In this document: positions 21,485-30,058 of the stretch, piece after piece
Layout: every line of letters starts with the position of its first letter
Position numbering within the stretch: position 1 is the first letter of the stretch
NCBI GenBank assembly: GCA_963726745.1
Contig: CAVSDR010000006.1
Span: forward strand, 896,001-960,000
Origin: an uncultured Verrucomicrobiae bacterium
GTDB taxonomy: Bacteria; Verrucomicrobiota; Verrucomicrobiia; Chthoniobacterales; UBA10450
Direction of reading: 5' to 3'
DNA length: 64,000 nt
Program-made: the position numbers and the translations under genes
The notes under the pieces: model-generated
What the model was told of the DNA's origin: nothing
The model's input: only the letters and a program-made list of their open reading frames with translations
Database searches by the model: none

Positions 21485-21502
21485 CCAGCAGCATCCGCCC
21501 GG

Positions 21503-21550
21503 AAAAAAAACAAATCCCGCCAGCCGGCCGGGGAGCCGATTGGCGGGATT
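21503..21550 (-). terminator. Rho-independent terminator
   Basis: AATCCCGCCA...TGGCGGGATT stem followed by T8 on the minus strand. Confidence 0.75.
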
Positions 21551-21575
21551 GTGGGGAATGGAACTCTCGGAAAAA

Positions 21576-22919
21576 CTACGGACTGCTCGGGCCAAGCACG
21601 GGCACGAAAGTAAACGGCGGGGCCTGCGGAAGATTCGGCACCGGACCCTCCGCGGGCGACTCGGGCAGGGCAGTCTCGTCCGTCGCATCCTTCGGTTCGA
21701 GCATCGTCTTCCCGTCGAGCATGGTCTTGCCATCGATCATGGTTTTGCCGTCAGTCATCTGCGATTCCTGCGCCATGGAAATCGAGCTATTCGCGGCCAG
21801 GAGCAAGCCATTGCTGCCAAAGGCGGCCACTTCCGCGAGTGCGAAAGGCGTGCTCGCATTGTCCGCCGGCGTCCAGCGAACCATGACGTAGCGTCCGGTC
21901 ACTGCGGGAAAGTCGACCGCGGCGCGACCGCGAGTGCCGTCATCAGTCACCGCGCCCACTGCTTTCATTCCGGCCAGCGTGGCCTCGTCCAGGCGAATAT
22001 CTTGCGGCATCCCCTGCACCTCATCGTTTGCGCCGGGAAGCGTCTGCAGGACGAAAAATTCCATCCGGCCAGCGCGAGGGGTGTAAACCGAAGAGAGCCG
22101 GCGCAGGCTCGAAACTTTCCCAAGATCGATCACGGCAGAAGGCGTGGCGTCCTCAGCTGCGAAGTCGTAAGCCGTGGCCACTTGGTCGTCGATCAAATTG
22201 TTCGCTTTGCCCGGCTCGCTGCCGGAGCTGACGTAAAGGGCGCGGGCCTTCGCGTGGAGATCATTCAAGCTATAGGAAATGAGGGCGAAGCTGTCGCTCT
22301 TGTCCTGGACGGCCGATTGGCTGGCCCGCGGCGCGGTGAAATCCGAAACCTGCGGGCTAGCGTAAACGCCGAACCCAGCGATGCGGCCGGCCTGCTTGAG
22401 GTTGAAAGTGAGTTTGACGTATTTCGCTTCCGTCGGACCGACATTGGCGTGGAGGTCGCGGGCCAGTTCCTGCTGAACGAGCGTGCGCCACTGGGGGCTA
22501 TTAGCCGGCAACTTGGCGCTCGAGGAAGCGACCGTCACTTCGCCTTGCGCGCCCTCGCTCAGGAAAGAAACACTGTTGATGTTCTCGACCTTCGGCAGGG
22601 AAACCAACAGGGTCGTCTCTCCGGCCGGGAGAGCGTAGCCGACCGTGGGATCGTTGCAGAGGAGCGCGGCTTCCGCGGCATTCTTGTCGTCCCCGTTCAC
22701 GCTCAACTGCAGGCTGGCAACCGGCTGACTGCGCGGAGCGGCTTCGACATTCGCGCCGAGATGGTAGCGGGCGACGTTTTGCGGGTAAGAGGGGGACTGA
22801 GCGACGGTGAGCGCCGGCACTTTGTGCAGGACAATTTCACCTGCGGAGAGGCAGGGCGCGTGCGAAAGCGAGAGCGTGACGAGCACGGCGGCGGGAGCGA
22901 GGCGAAGGGACGTCTTCAT
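21576..22919 (-). CDS. Secreted protein with two galactose-binding/discoidin-like domains and C-terminal DGKTM repeats
   Basis: Signal peptide; NLIDD..T, VIDLGK, GRYVMVR, LAEVAAF discoidin-like pattern occurring twice in degenerate form; (DGKTM[IL])x3. Confidence 0.65.
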   Translation of the reverse strand: MKTSLRLAPAAVLVTLSLSHAPCLSAGEIVLHKVPALTVAQSPSYPQNVARYHLGANVEAAPRSQPVASLQLSVNGDDKNAAEAALLCNDPTVGYALPAGETTLLVSLPKVENINSVSFLSEGAQGEVTVASSSAKLPANSPQWRTLVQQELARDLHANVGPTEAKYVKLTFNLKQAGRIAGFGVYASPQVSDFTAPRASQSAVQDKSDSFALISYSLNDLHAKARALYVSSGSEPGKANNLIDDQVATAYDFAAEDATPSAVIDLGKVSSLRRLSSVYTPRAGRMEFFVLQTLPGANDEVQGMPQDIRLDEATLAGMKAVGAVTDDGTRGRAAVDFPAVTGRYVMVRWTPADNASTPFALAEVAAFGSNGLLLAANSSISMAQESQMTDGKTMIDGKTMLDGKTMLEPKDATDETALPESPAEGPVPNLPQAPPFTFVPVLGPSSP

Positions 22920-22999
22920 AATTTCCATAACAACGGTGGCAGAGTAATTAATTCCGGTCGAAGTGGCAATATGAATCTTCGTTTTCCTTGCGTGCGCAA

Positions 23000-23349
23000 G
23001 AGTTTCCCTGCGGGGCTCACGGGCCGCCGGGAGGTTTTAGACAGCACCTGTCTCCTGGTGGCGGCTCGGTCATACAGCCGGGCATGGTTTACCAGACTCG
23101 TTCCGCACTCTACCGCCAGTCTAACGGCCTCCTCGCCGAGAATGAGGCAATTCATTGTGCGGTTTTTGACCGGCTCTTCGCGGCATGGCTCTACGAGAGC
23201 GCTGGCTAGTCTAACTAGTCGGCTAATTGGTCAGCGTTTTAGCTTTGAGTCCCTGAGCGTGCCCTACTTTCGGCAGGAGGCTTGCCAGATGTCCTGGCTT
23301 CACCTCGAAGTCTGGTCCGCTTAGTCCAGGGCAGTGCGCTGAAAGACTC
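23000..23349. ncRNA. Candidate structured non-coding RNA, copy 1
   Basis: Intergenic; nested helices (e.g. GCTGGCTAGT/ACTAGTCGGC, CCGCAC/GTGCGG, terminal GAGT/ACTC); shares ordered blocks with 23951..24398. Confidence 0.5.
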
Positions 23350-23368
23350 TGAACGCGAGGAGCGTGTT

Positions 23369-23947
23369 CTAGTTGTTCGCGAAGAGCGGGGCGCTGGCAG
23401 CCCGAAATTTCCGCGTTCCTGAATAAGCATAGAGTGGGACGTAGGAGCGGTCGCCGAGGCTTTCAGAGCGGGTCGCCATCCAATGAAACGTCGGGTCGAG
23501 CACGTAACGACCGGCGCTGGTTTCCCACTGCAGCCAGGCATGGGTCGAACGGCTGTTCGAGGCCCGTTTGCCGATGACCAGACGGACGTTGGTAGCTCCC
23601 TGCTCGAGCATGCGACGGTAGAGCGCAACCGCTTTGCCTTTGCAATCAGCCGGCTGCCCCGATTCGACTTCGGCCGGTGTGCGCCATTCCATGTGGTAGC
23701 CATAAGGGATTTCGCGCAGGCTGCCCATCCATTGATTCACCACGGCCATGGAAATCTCGGAACGATGCGTCGCTGCTCTCGCGGCGAGAACCGGGCGAAT
23801 CCGGCTCATCTGGCGATCGTAAGGGGTCGATTCCACCGGCAGGAGGAGCGCGCCGGCGAAGGCCGAGGCGTTGGCAAAGCAGAACAGGGAGACGAGGAGC
23901 GACAGGATCTTCCGCGCGACAAAGGGCTGGATGCTTATAAGTATCAT
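23369..23947 (-). CDS. Transglutaminase-like cysteine peptidase (BTLCP/LapG-like), secreted
   Basis: Signal peptide; W.TP.E, ADCKGKA (Cys), HAWL (His), VLDP (Asp). Confidence 0.75.
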   Translation of the reverse strand: MILISIQPFVARKILSLLVSLFCFANASAFAGALLLPVESTPYDRQMSRIRPVLAARAATHRSEISMAVVNQWMGSLREIPYGYHMEWRTPAEVESGQPADCKGKAVALYRRMLEQGATNVRLVIGKRASNSRSTHAWLQWETSAGRYVLDPTFHWMATRSESLGDRSYVPLYAYSGTRKFRAASAPLFANN

Positions 23948-23950
23948 AGC

Positions 23951-24398
23951 GAGTATTCCCTACAGTAAGCACCGCCTGTGCCATCGACTCTCTGCTTGTC
24001 CCTGGGAACTCTTCGGTCAGGGTATTTCGGCACCGGCTGGCTTCTCTTCTCCCAATAGAAGGTTCCGTGCCGCCCGAAGTGCGGGCCGGAAAACTAGGGG
24101 TGACGACGCGATAGCTCTCAGCGCGCGCCACCACGCTCCGAAAGCGCAGTCTGAGACCGGCCGTAGCGCGGAGGAACCCGACGGTCCCCCGACTTAACGG
24201 TGCGACAGTGGCCGGTCTCGAAGGGCTGACGGCCGCGTTATCAACGCCGCGCAGCGAGAGGGACCAGCGTCGTTGCTCTTCAAGCCGTTGATGCCTGTCC
24301 CATCCAGGTCTCGCGGGATCGGAGCCAGGGGCAGTCACAGCCCGATTTTGCCGACAACCTCGCAGTGAGCCTAGAGCGGTGCGTAAGCGGTGAAAGAC
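23951..24398. ncRNA. Candidate structured non-coding RNA, copy 2
   Basis: 14-bp helix 24096-24109/24267-24280 enclosing GAGACCGGCC/GGCCGGTCTC and CTCTC/GAGAG; GCACCGC/GCGGTGC and TCGGCA/TGCCGA long-range pairs; shares ordered blocks with 23000..23349. Confidence 0.55.
23968..23983 (-). promoter_or_regulatory. Possible sigma-54 (-24/-12) promoter for the peptidase gene
   Basis: TGGCACAGGCGGTGCT on the minus strand (GG-N10-GC spacing), about 20 nt upstream of ATG 23947; the same bases also form part of an RNA helix. Confidence 0.4.
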
Positions 24399-24556
24399 CG
24401 AAGGATTTCGCCTGCCGGAGGAGTCACCTCCTTCAGCCTCTTCGATACCCAATCCTGCGAAACCCGGCCGGATTTCACATTCTCGCGAGTCCGCGCAGGC
24501 CCAGTCTAGTGGCGAGATCTCAAACGCGAGGGGGCGGTCACGCCCTCAATATGCAC

Positions 24557-24587
24557 AAAGGGCGGGCAGCTTTCGCCGCCCGCCCTT
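24557..24587 (-). terminator. Terminator of TonB-dependent receptor gene
   Basis: AAGGGCGGGC...GCCCGCCCTT stem just downstream of the stop. Confidence 0.7.
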
Positions 24588-24609
24588 CGGAATTTGGAAT
24601 ACTAGGCTC

Positions 24610-27600
24610 TTAGAACTTCTTGTTCAGAGCGACGTAGTAGTAACGATTGCGGATGGAATACAGCGACGTGTCGTAGTTGTCGTTGAACGCACCCAGCACG
24701 GTTGGCGGGTAGCGATCGAAGACGTTGTTCACGCCCACGGTCACCTTGGTGCCCCACAGCATGCGCTGGAAGAAGGAACCGTTGTTTTCCACGCCAGCGA
24801 CGGCGCTCATCGCGCTCTTCGCGTCCTTGGCATCCTTGGAGTAGCCAGCGGCCGCTTCCATCTGAGGCTTGATGAACTCGTAGCTCAGCTGCAAGTCGAG
24901 GGTCTCGTAAGAGGACACGCGATGGTGCAGGATGAAGTTCGGGTTCGCCATCGTGCCGCCACCAGCGCCCACAGGGCCGGCGAGGTCGTTGCCGAAGATG
25001 AACTGAGGATCATCCTCGTAGTCGCCGATGTAGTTAACCGTGGCCACGAAGTCGAGGCCCTTCCAATTCCACTCGCCGCGGAGGAAGCCCTTGTTGAAGG
25101 GGATGCCACCAGGGGCCAACGGGAAGGTGCCGTTGTTGTAGTCACCGAGGAAGTTGTGCAGCTCGAATCCGGGGATACCGAGACCGGCCTTCCAGGTGAA
25201 GAAGTGGTTCCAACCAGCGGAGAAGGTGAACGTGCCGAGCTTTTGGGTCGGGATTTCATACACCGCGGTAACGTCGAGACCGTTGACCAAGCGCGCACCG
25301 GCATTACCGACTGCGGAGTCGATCGTGCGGAGGGTGCCATCTGGGTTACGGGTAATACCAAGGCCAGGACCGCCGCCGGGCTCGAGGACGGGACCGTCTG
25401 GATCGAGGGTGCCCGTCGAGAGGAGGACCTGCGCGAAGTCAGCCGCACCAAGAATCAGGTTCGTGGTGTAGATCTGATAAATGTCCGCCGTGATCGTGAA
25501 ACCAGGCAGCCACTTCGGCGTGTAGACGAGACCGGCCGAGTAAGCGTCGGAGAGTTCCGGCGTGGTCGCGAGATTGCCGCTCTGCGAGACGCCGTCTGGC
25601 GGCTGCAGGGTGACGCGGACAGCCGGGTCAAACAGCTGTGGGAAGTTCTGCGTCACAGGATCGAACAGGTTCGCCGGCGACGGTGAGCGGAACGACTGGT
25701 TCCAGTTAGCACGGAGCGTCAAGTCGGCGATCGGCTGGTAGCGGATCGAGATACGAGGCGTGCCACCGAAGTCTTCGTTCGGGTTCGAGTTGTCGAACGA
25801 GGCGGTGTTGTGCGTGTACTGGTCTTTGTCGTTAAACTTCTCGTAGCGATAGGCAATCGAGAGCTCCAGGGAGCGAACGAACGGGACGTTCATCGTCGAG
25901 GTGACGATCGGGAGGTTCAACTCGGCGAAAACCGAGTCAACTTCCTGGAGCGTCTTCGTGCGAGGAGCCTGGTTGAAACCGAGCTGATCGTTCCCCGCCT
26001 GCACTGGATCAGGAGTCGAGCTCTGAGCGATCTGGCGATGCTCGTAGCCAACCGCCATGTCGATGCCGCCATTCCAGAGATTCGGGAAGAGGTGGGCATT
26101 CACTTTCGCGTCATAGAGCCAGTCGCGCTCGAAGAAGAGCGAGTTGGCAATGTAGGACGCGCCGCCTTCGGTCACGAGGGCGCTGGCCGAGAGGTTGTTG
26201 TAAGGTGCCATCAATCCGGTCGGCAAACCATTCACGTAAGTCGGCGCAGTGCCAACCGGAAGAGCGTTTTGTCCGATGAATGGGTTGAAGGTATTCGAGG
26301 CGATGAGGCCACGAATGGCGCTCCTGGTGGCATCACCGCTATCGGTGCGGCGCTCGTCGAAACGTTCGTAGACCAAGCCAGTGTCGTAGCCAAAGCGGCT
26401 GATGAACCCGTTACCCTGGAAGTTGAAGTCGCCATTCAGGCCGACCACGTAGCGGTAGTAATCGTGATTGTAGAACGAGCGGCGGTTGCCGAGTTCCTGC
26501 ACCAGACGATAACGGACCGAGCCGAGGCGGTTGCCGAACGGATTGAAGGTCGATGCCCGCGCTTCGTTCAGACCGTTGCCCGCGTTGGTAATCGAGAACG
26601 GAGCCGGGGCAAGACCGTTGTCTTGCTTGGTCTTCGAATACATCAGGTCGCCGTAGATCTGGAGGCCATCGCCGAAGATCTTGTAGCGGCCCGTCACGTA
26701 ATACATCGCCTTCTCGATCGCAGGGATCGCGGGCGTGTAGTCACGGAAGTTAAAACGCGCCGGATCGGTGCCAGCCGGAACGTCAAACGGGCGATAGCTC
26801 GCGGGCGTAACGTTCGTGGTCGACAGATTGCTGAGAACCAACTGGCCTGTCGTTGGGAACGGCGTCGCGCCCGGACGGGGAGCACCCGTGAGGACAGACA
26901 CGCGGCCAGCGAAAGTCGGGCTGTTGTTGTTCAAACCACCACGGCCGAGGCCAGGAGGGATGTTGGTGAGGTTACCGGAACCAGCCAGCTGCGCGCGGTC
27001 ACGCGAGAAGAGGTTGGCGCGGGAGTAATATTCACCAGAAGCCGCGACTGAGACTTTGTCGGTCTTGACACCACCACGGATCCAAACCTGACGGACATGG
27101 GAGTCGGTCTCGGTTGTGTTTCCGTAGAGCATGTTCACTTCAGCGCCTTCGTACGGAGCTTCACCTGGGCCGTTGAGCATGATGAAGTTGACCACGCCGG
27201 CGACGGCGTCAGAGCCGTAAATAGCGGAGGCACCGTCTTTCAGCACTTCCGTGCGACGGAGGCCGCCGATTGGGATCGCGTTGACGTCGGCGAATTCGAA
27301 AGCACGACGACCGTTGATAAGGGTGAGGACGTTCTCCTGGCCGATAGCGCGCAGGTTGATGAAGGCCTGGCCGTTACCGCCGTTCGAGTCGTTTTCCGTG
27401 GACGCGTTACCCACGAAGGAGGGCAACTGGCGCAGACCTTCCACCGGGGTATTGGCGCCCTGCTTCTGCAGGACTTCCGCGGTGTACACGGTCACGGGGA
27501 GAGCGGATTCCGTCTCGGCCGTCGGGATGTAGGAACCGGTCACGATAACGCGCTCGGTGGTAGCAGCGCCGCTGGTAGCGGCCGCAGGCACGATGGCCTG

Positions 27601-27732
27601 GTTTTCGATCGGGGCTGGTTCCTGCGCAAAAGCGCTGGCCCCCGTGAGGATAGGAATTCCGACGCCAACCGCGAGGGCGGAGCGCAGGAAGCCTAACTTA
27701 TTAGACACGTGTCTGATCATTAGTTTCTCCAT
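24610..27732 (-). CDS. TonB-dependent outer-membrane receptor
   Basis: Signal peptide, TonB box ERVIVTGS, plug (LTLINGRR; EVLKDGASAIYGSDAVAGVVN), GVNNVFD, C-terminal Phe; start 27732 or 27720. Confidence 0.93.
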   Translation of the reverse strand: MEKLMIRHVSNKLGFLRSALAVGVGIPILTGASAFAQEPAPIENQAIVPAAATSGAATTERVIVTGSYIPTAETESALPVTVYTAEVLQKQGANTPVEGLRQLPSFVGNASTENDSNGGNGQAFINLRAIGQENVLTLINGRRAFEFADVNAIPIGGLRRTEVLKDGASAIYGSDAVAGVVNFIMLNGPGEAPYEGAEVNMLYGNTTETDSHVRQVWIRGGVKTDKVSVAASGEYYSRANLFSRDRAQLAGSGNLTNIPPGLGRGGLNNNSPTFAGRVSVLTGAPRPGATPFPTTGQLVLSNLSTTNVTPASYRPFDVPAGTDPARFNFRDYTPAIPAIEKAMYYVTGRYKIFGDGLQIYGDLMYSKTKQDNGLAPAPFSITNAGNGLNEARASTFNPFGNRLGSVRYRLVQELGNRRSFYNHDYYRYVVGLNGDFNFQGNGFISRFGYDTGLVYERFDERRTDSGDATRSAIRGLIASNTFNPFIGQNALPVGTAPTYVNGLPTGLMAPYNNLSASALVTEGGASYIANSLFFERDWLYDAKVNAHLFPNLWNGGIDMAVGYEHRQIAQSSTPDPVQAGNDQLGFNQAPRTKTLQEVDSVFAELNLPIVTSTMNVPFVRSLELSIAYRYEKFNDKDQYTHNTASFDNSNPNEDFGGTPRISIRYQPIADLTLRANWNQSFRSPSPANLFDPVTQNFPQLFDPAVRVTLQPPDGVSQSGNLATTPELSDAYSAGLVYTPKWLPGFTITADIYQIYTTNLILGAADFAQVLLSTGTLDPDGPVLEPGGGPGLGITRNPDGTLRTIDSAVGNAGARLVNGLDVTAVYEIPTQKLGTFTFSAGWNHFFTWKAGLGIPGFELHNFLGDYNNGTFPLAPGGIPFNKGFLRGEWNWKGLDFVATVNYIGDYEDDPQFIFGNDLAGPVGAGGGTMANPNFILHHRVSSYETLDLQLSYEFIKPQMEAAAGYSKDAKDAKSAMSAVAGVENNGSFFQRMLWGTKVTVGVNNVFDRYPPTVLGAFNDNYDTSLYSIRNRYYYVALNKKF

Positions 27733-28037
27733 TGGTTTGGTTAGGTTTGGGCGTGAGGAATACGGAAGTAAGCGAAACGTGACAAGGCTTTTTTTTACTT
27801 TTTTCAAAAATCTTTGAACGCCCGGACGGGGCGCGCTGTCTCCGAAAAGCCGCCGTCGCTCCCGATTGCCGGGTTTCCTCGGTGCGCCCCACCCCGCATG
27901 GGAACGGTCTAACGAGCCCTGCGGCCGCGGCGCGACGCTGTCCCGACGGACGATGTTGCTGGCTAATTTGCCTCCGCCCTCGGCCACTGCGCGGTGCGCC
28001 GAATTGCGGTTTCTCCGGAGCAGATATAAATGCGGGG

Positions 28038-28643
28038 ATGTTTACCGGCCTGGTCGAGGAAGTGGGACGCGTGCTCTGGATTCGCGCGACGGACCGCGGC
28101 ACGCAGCTGCAGCTGACGGCGCCCGCGATTTCCCAAACCGTGCGCAAGGGCGACAGCATCTCGGTGAACGGCTGCTGCCTCACAGTCAAGGCGCATCGCG
28201 GGGAAGAGCTCACCTTCGATTTGCTCGAGGAAACGCTGGAGCGAACGAACCTTCGCGCGCTCCGCCGCGAAAGCGGGGTTAATCTCGAGCGTGCCCTTGC
28301 GGCCGGCGCGCCTCTGGGCGGCCACTTCGTCCAGGGGCACATCGATTGCGCGGCCCGCGTCGTCGCCTTCGAGGAAATCGGCACCGACCACCGCCTCGAG
28401 GTCGAGCTGCCGGACGACTTCGCACACTACGTCGCCTTCAAGGGCTCGATTGCGATCAACGGCGTGAGCCTGACCGTGGCCGAGGTGCTCTCCCAAAGCC
28501 TGGCCGTCTGGATCATTCCGCACACCCGCCGGGCGACGAATTTTTCCTCGTTAGGCGCGGGCGACCAGGTGAACCTGGAGTTCGACTTGCTGGCAAAATA
28601 CGTCGAGCGCATGCTCGCGCGGCAGACGCCGCAGATGCCCTAA
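28038..28643 (+). CDS. ribE: Riboflavin synthase (alpha chain)
   Basis: MFTGLVEE, SVNGCCLT, VNLERA, GGHFVQGHID, NGVSLT, VNLEFD. Confidence 0.95.
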   Translation: MFTGLVEEVGRVLWIRATDRGTQLQLTAPAISQTVRKGDSISVNGCCLTVKAHRGEELTFDLLEETLERTNLRALRRESGVNLERALAAGAPLGGHFVQGHIDCAARVVAFEEIGTDHRLEVELPDDFAHYVAFKGSIAINGVSLTVAEVLSQSLAVWIIPHTRRATNFSSLGAGDQVNLEFDLLAKYVERMLARQTPQMP

Positions 28644-28648
28644 CGACA

Positions 28649-30040
28649 CTACTTCGCGCCCAGCCCGAAGACGACCGTCGGGACAGTGCGCGCAAGAATC
28701 TTGAAGTCGAGCCCTAACGACCACTGGTCGATGTACTCGAGGTCGAGCTTCACCCAATCGCGAAAATCGCGCACCTCATTCCGGCCGCGCACCTGCCAGA
28801 GACAGGTCAGACCGGGCTTCACGCTCAGGCGACGGCGTTGCGCGGTGTTCTCGAATTTCTCCACCTCGTAGAGCGGGAGCGGCCGGGGCCCGACGAGGCT
28901 CATGTCGCCCAGGAGCACGTTGAGCAATTGCGGCGTTTCATCGAAGCTCGTGCGCCGCAGCCAGCGGCCAAAGGGCGTCACGCGGGGGTCGTTCTCCACT
29001 TTAAAAACCGGGCCGCTCATCTGATTAAACGGCAGGAGATCGGCCCGACGCTGCTCGGCATCGTCCGACATCGAGCGGAATTTATACATCGTAAACGGCT
29101 TCCCATGCTTGCCCGCGCGCTGTTGGCGGAAAATAGCCGACCCGCTGGAGGTGAGGCGCACGATCAAGGCCACCACCAGCATCGGCAACGCCAGCACCAG
29201 CAGCGCGGTCAATGCGCCCAGCCAATCGATCACGCGCTTGAGCAAGAGCGCCCACGAGACCTCCGGGGTCGACCGAAAGACGAGCATCGGCCGCCCGGCA
29301 AAAGCGTCGAAGTCCGGCTTCGCGATCGAGGTTTGAATGAAGTCCGCCACCAGCCAGGCGGGCACGCCTTCGACTTCGCAAGCGCCGATCGCCTGCTCCA
29401 CGCGATTGAGCTGGCTGTGGCCGGCGGCAAAGATCACCCGCGTGACCGAGTGACGATGGAGCGCCTCCACCAGATCGGAGAGCGGCTGCTGCTCGATGTC
29501 GATCCGGTCGACGATGTGGAGCAACATCCGCTGCTCGTCAGTGAAGGTCCGCTCGAGCGCGGCGATGTCCTGCGGCACCCCGGCCAGGAGAATGCGCTCC
29601 CGCATTTCCCCGCGCCGCGCGCGACGGCGGACGACCGCGATGATGATCCGTTCCTTGACCATCAGGACGACCGTCGAGAGCGCGATGAAGAGCAGCGGCA
29701 GGGTGCGATTGATCAAGGGCAGGCGCAGGAAAATCACGCAGGCGCTGGCTACAATGCTCAGGTAAAGCATCGCCTGCATGATCTGCATGAACGAACGCCA
29801 GCGACTCTTCGTTAGGGGCGTTTGGTAGAAACCCTGGAGATCGAGCAGGATCGGTCCGAAGGCCATCACCACCACGATGAGCCAGTGGTAGTTTTTGAAT
29901 TGGTCGATCGTCTGCTCCAGCCCGAACCATTGGGTCGCGTAAAGCCGGAGCACGTAGGAGACGTACAGCGTCAGCGCGAGCAGGAACGAATCCATGATCT
30001 GCTGGAGCTGGGTATTTATTTCCTGTCGACGGGGAAGCAT
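28649..30040 (-). CDS. Polyprenyl glycosylphosphotransferase (WcaJ/WbaP-like priming sugar transferase)
   Basis: N-terminal TM helices, KFRSM, DPRVT, DETPQLLNVL.GDMSLVGPRP, KPGLT, DLEYI. Confidence 0.9.
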   Translation of the reverse strand: MLPRRQEINTQLQQIMDSFLLALTLYVSYVLRLYATQWFGLEQTIDQFKNYHWLIVVVMAFGPILLDLQGFYQTPLTKSRWRSFMQIMQAMLYLSIVASACVIFLRLPLINRTLPLLFIALSTVVLMVKERIIIAVVRRRARRGEMRERILLAGVPQDIAALERTFTDEQRMLLHIVDRIDIEQQPLSDLVEALHRHSVTRVIFAAGHSQLNRVEQAIGACEVEGVPAWLVADFIQTSIAKPDFDAFAGRPMLVFRSTPEVSWALLLKRVIDWLGALTALLVLALPMLVVALIVRLTSSGSAIFRQQRAGKHGKPFTMYKFRSMSDDAEQRRADLLPFNQMSGPVFKVENDPRVTPFGRWLRRTSFDETPQLLNVLLGDMSLVGPRPLPLYEVEKFENTAQRRRLSVKPGLTCLWQVRGRNEVRDFRDWVKLDLEYIDQWSLGLDFKILARTVPTVVFGLGAK

Positions 30041-30058
30041 GCTATCGGGCGAGGCGGA

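Noticed and set aside
21540..23324. Long alternative ORFs (21540..23324 +, 33062..34699 +, 14356..15813 +, 60507..61976 +, 23646..24452 -)
   Set aside because: Antisense or off-frame shadows typical of high-GC DNA, Arg/Gly-rich with no recognisable motifs.
22992..24450. Group II intron (GTGCG at 22992), tmRNA, RNase P or SRP RNA as identity of the structured elements
   Set aside because: No convincing domain V/VI, no tRNA-like tmRNA ends, no GAGGAAAGTCC RNase P motif and no SRP loop motif seen.
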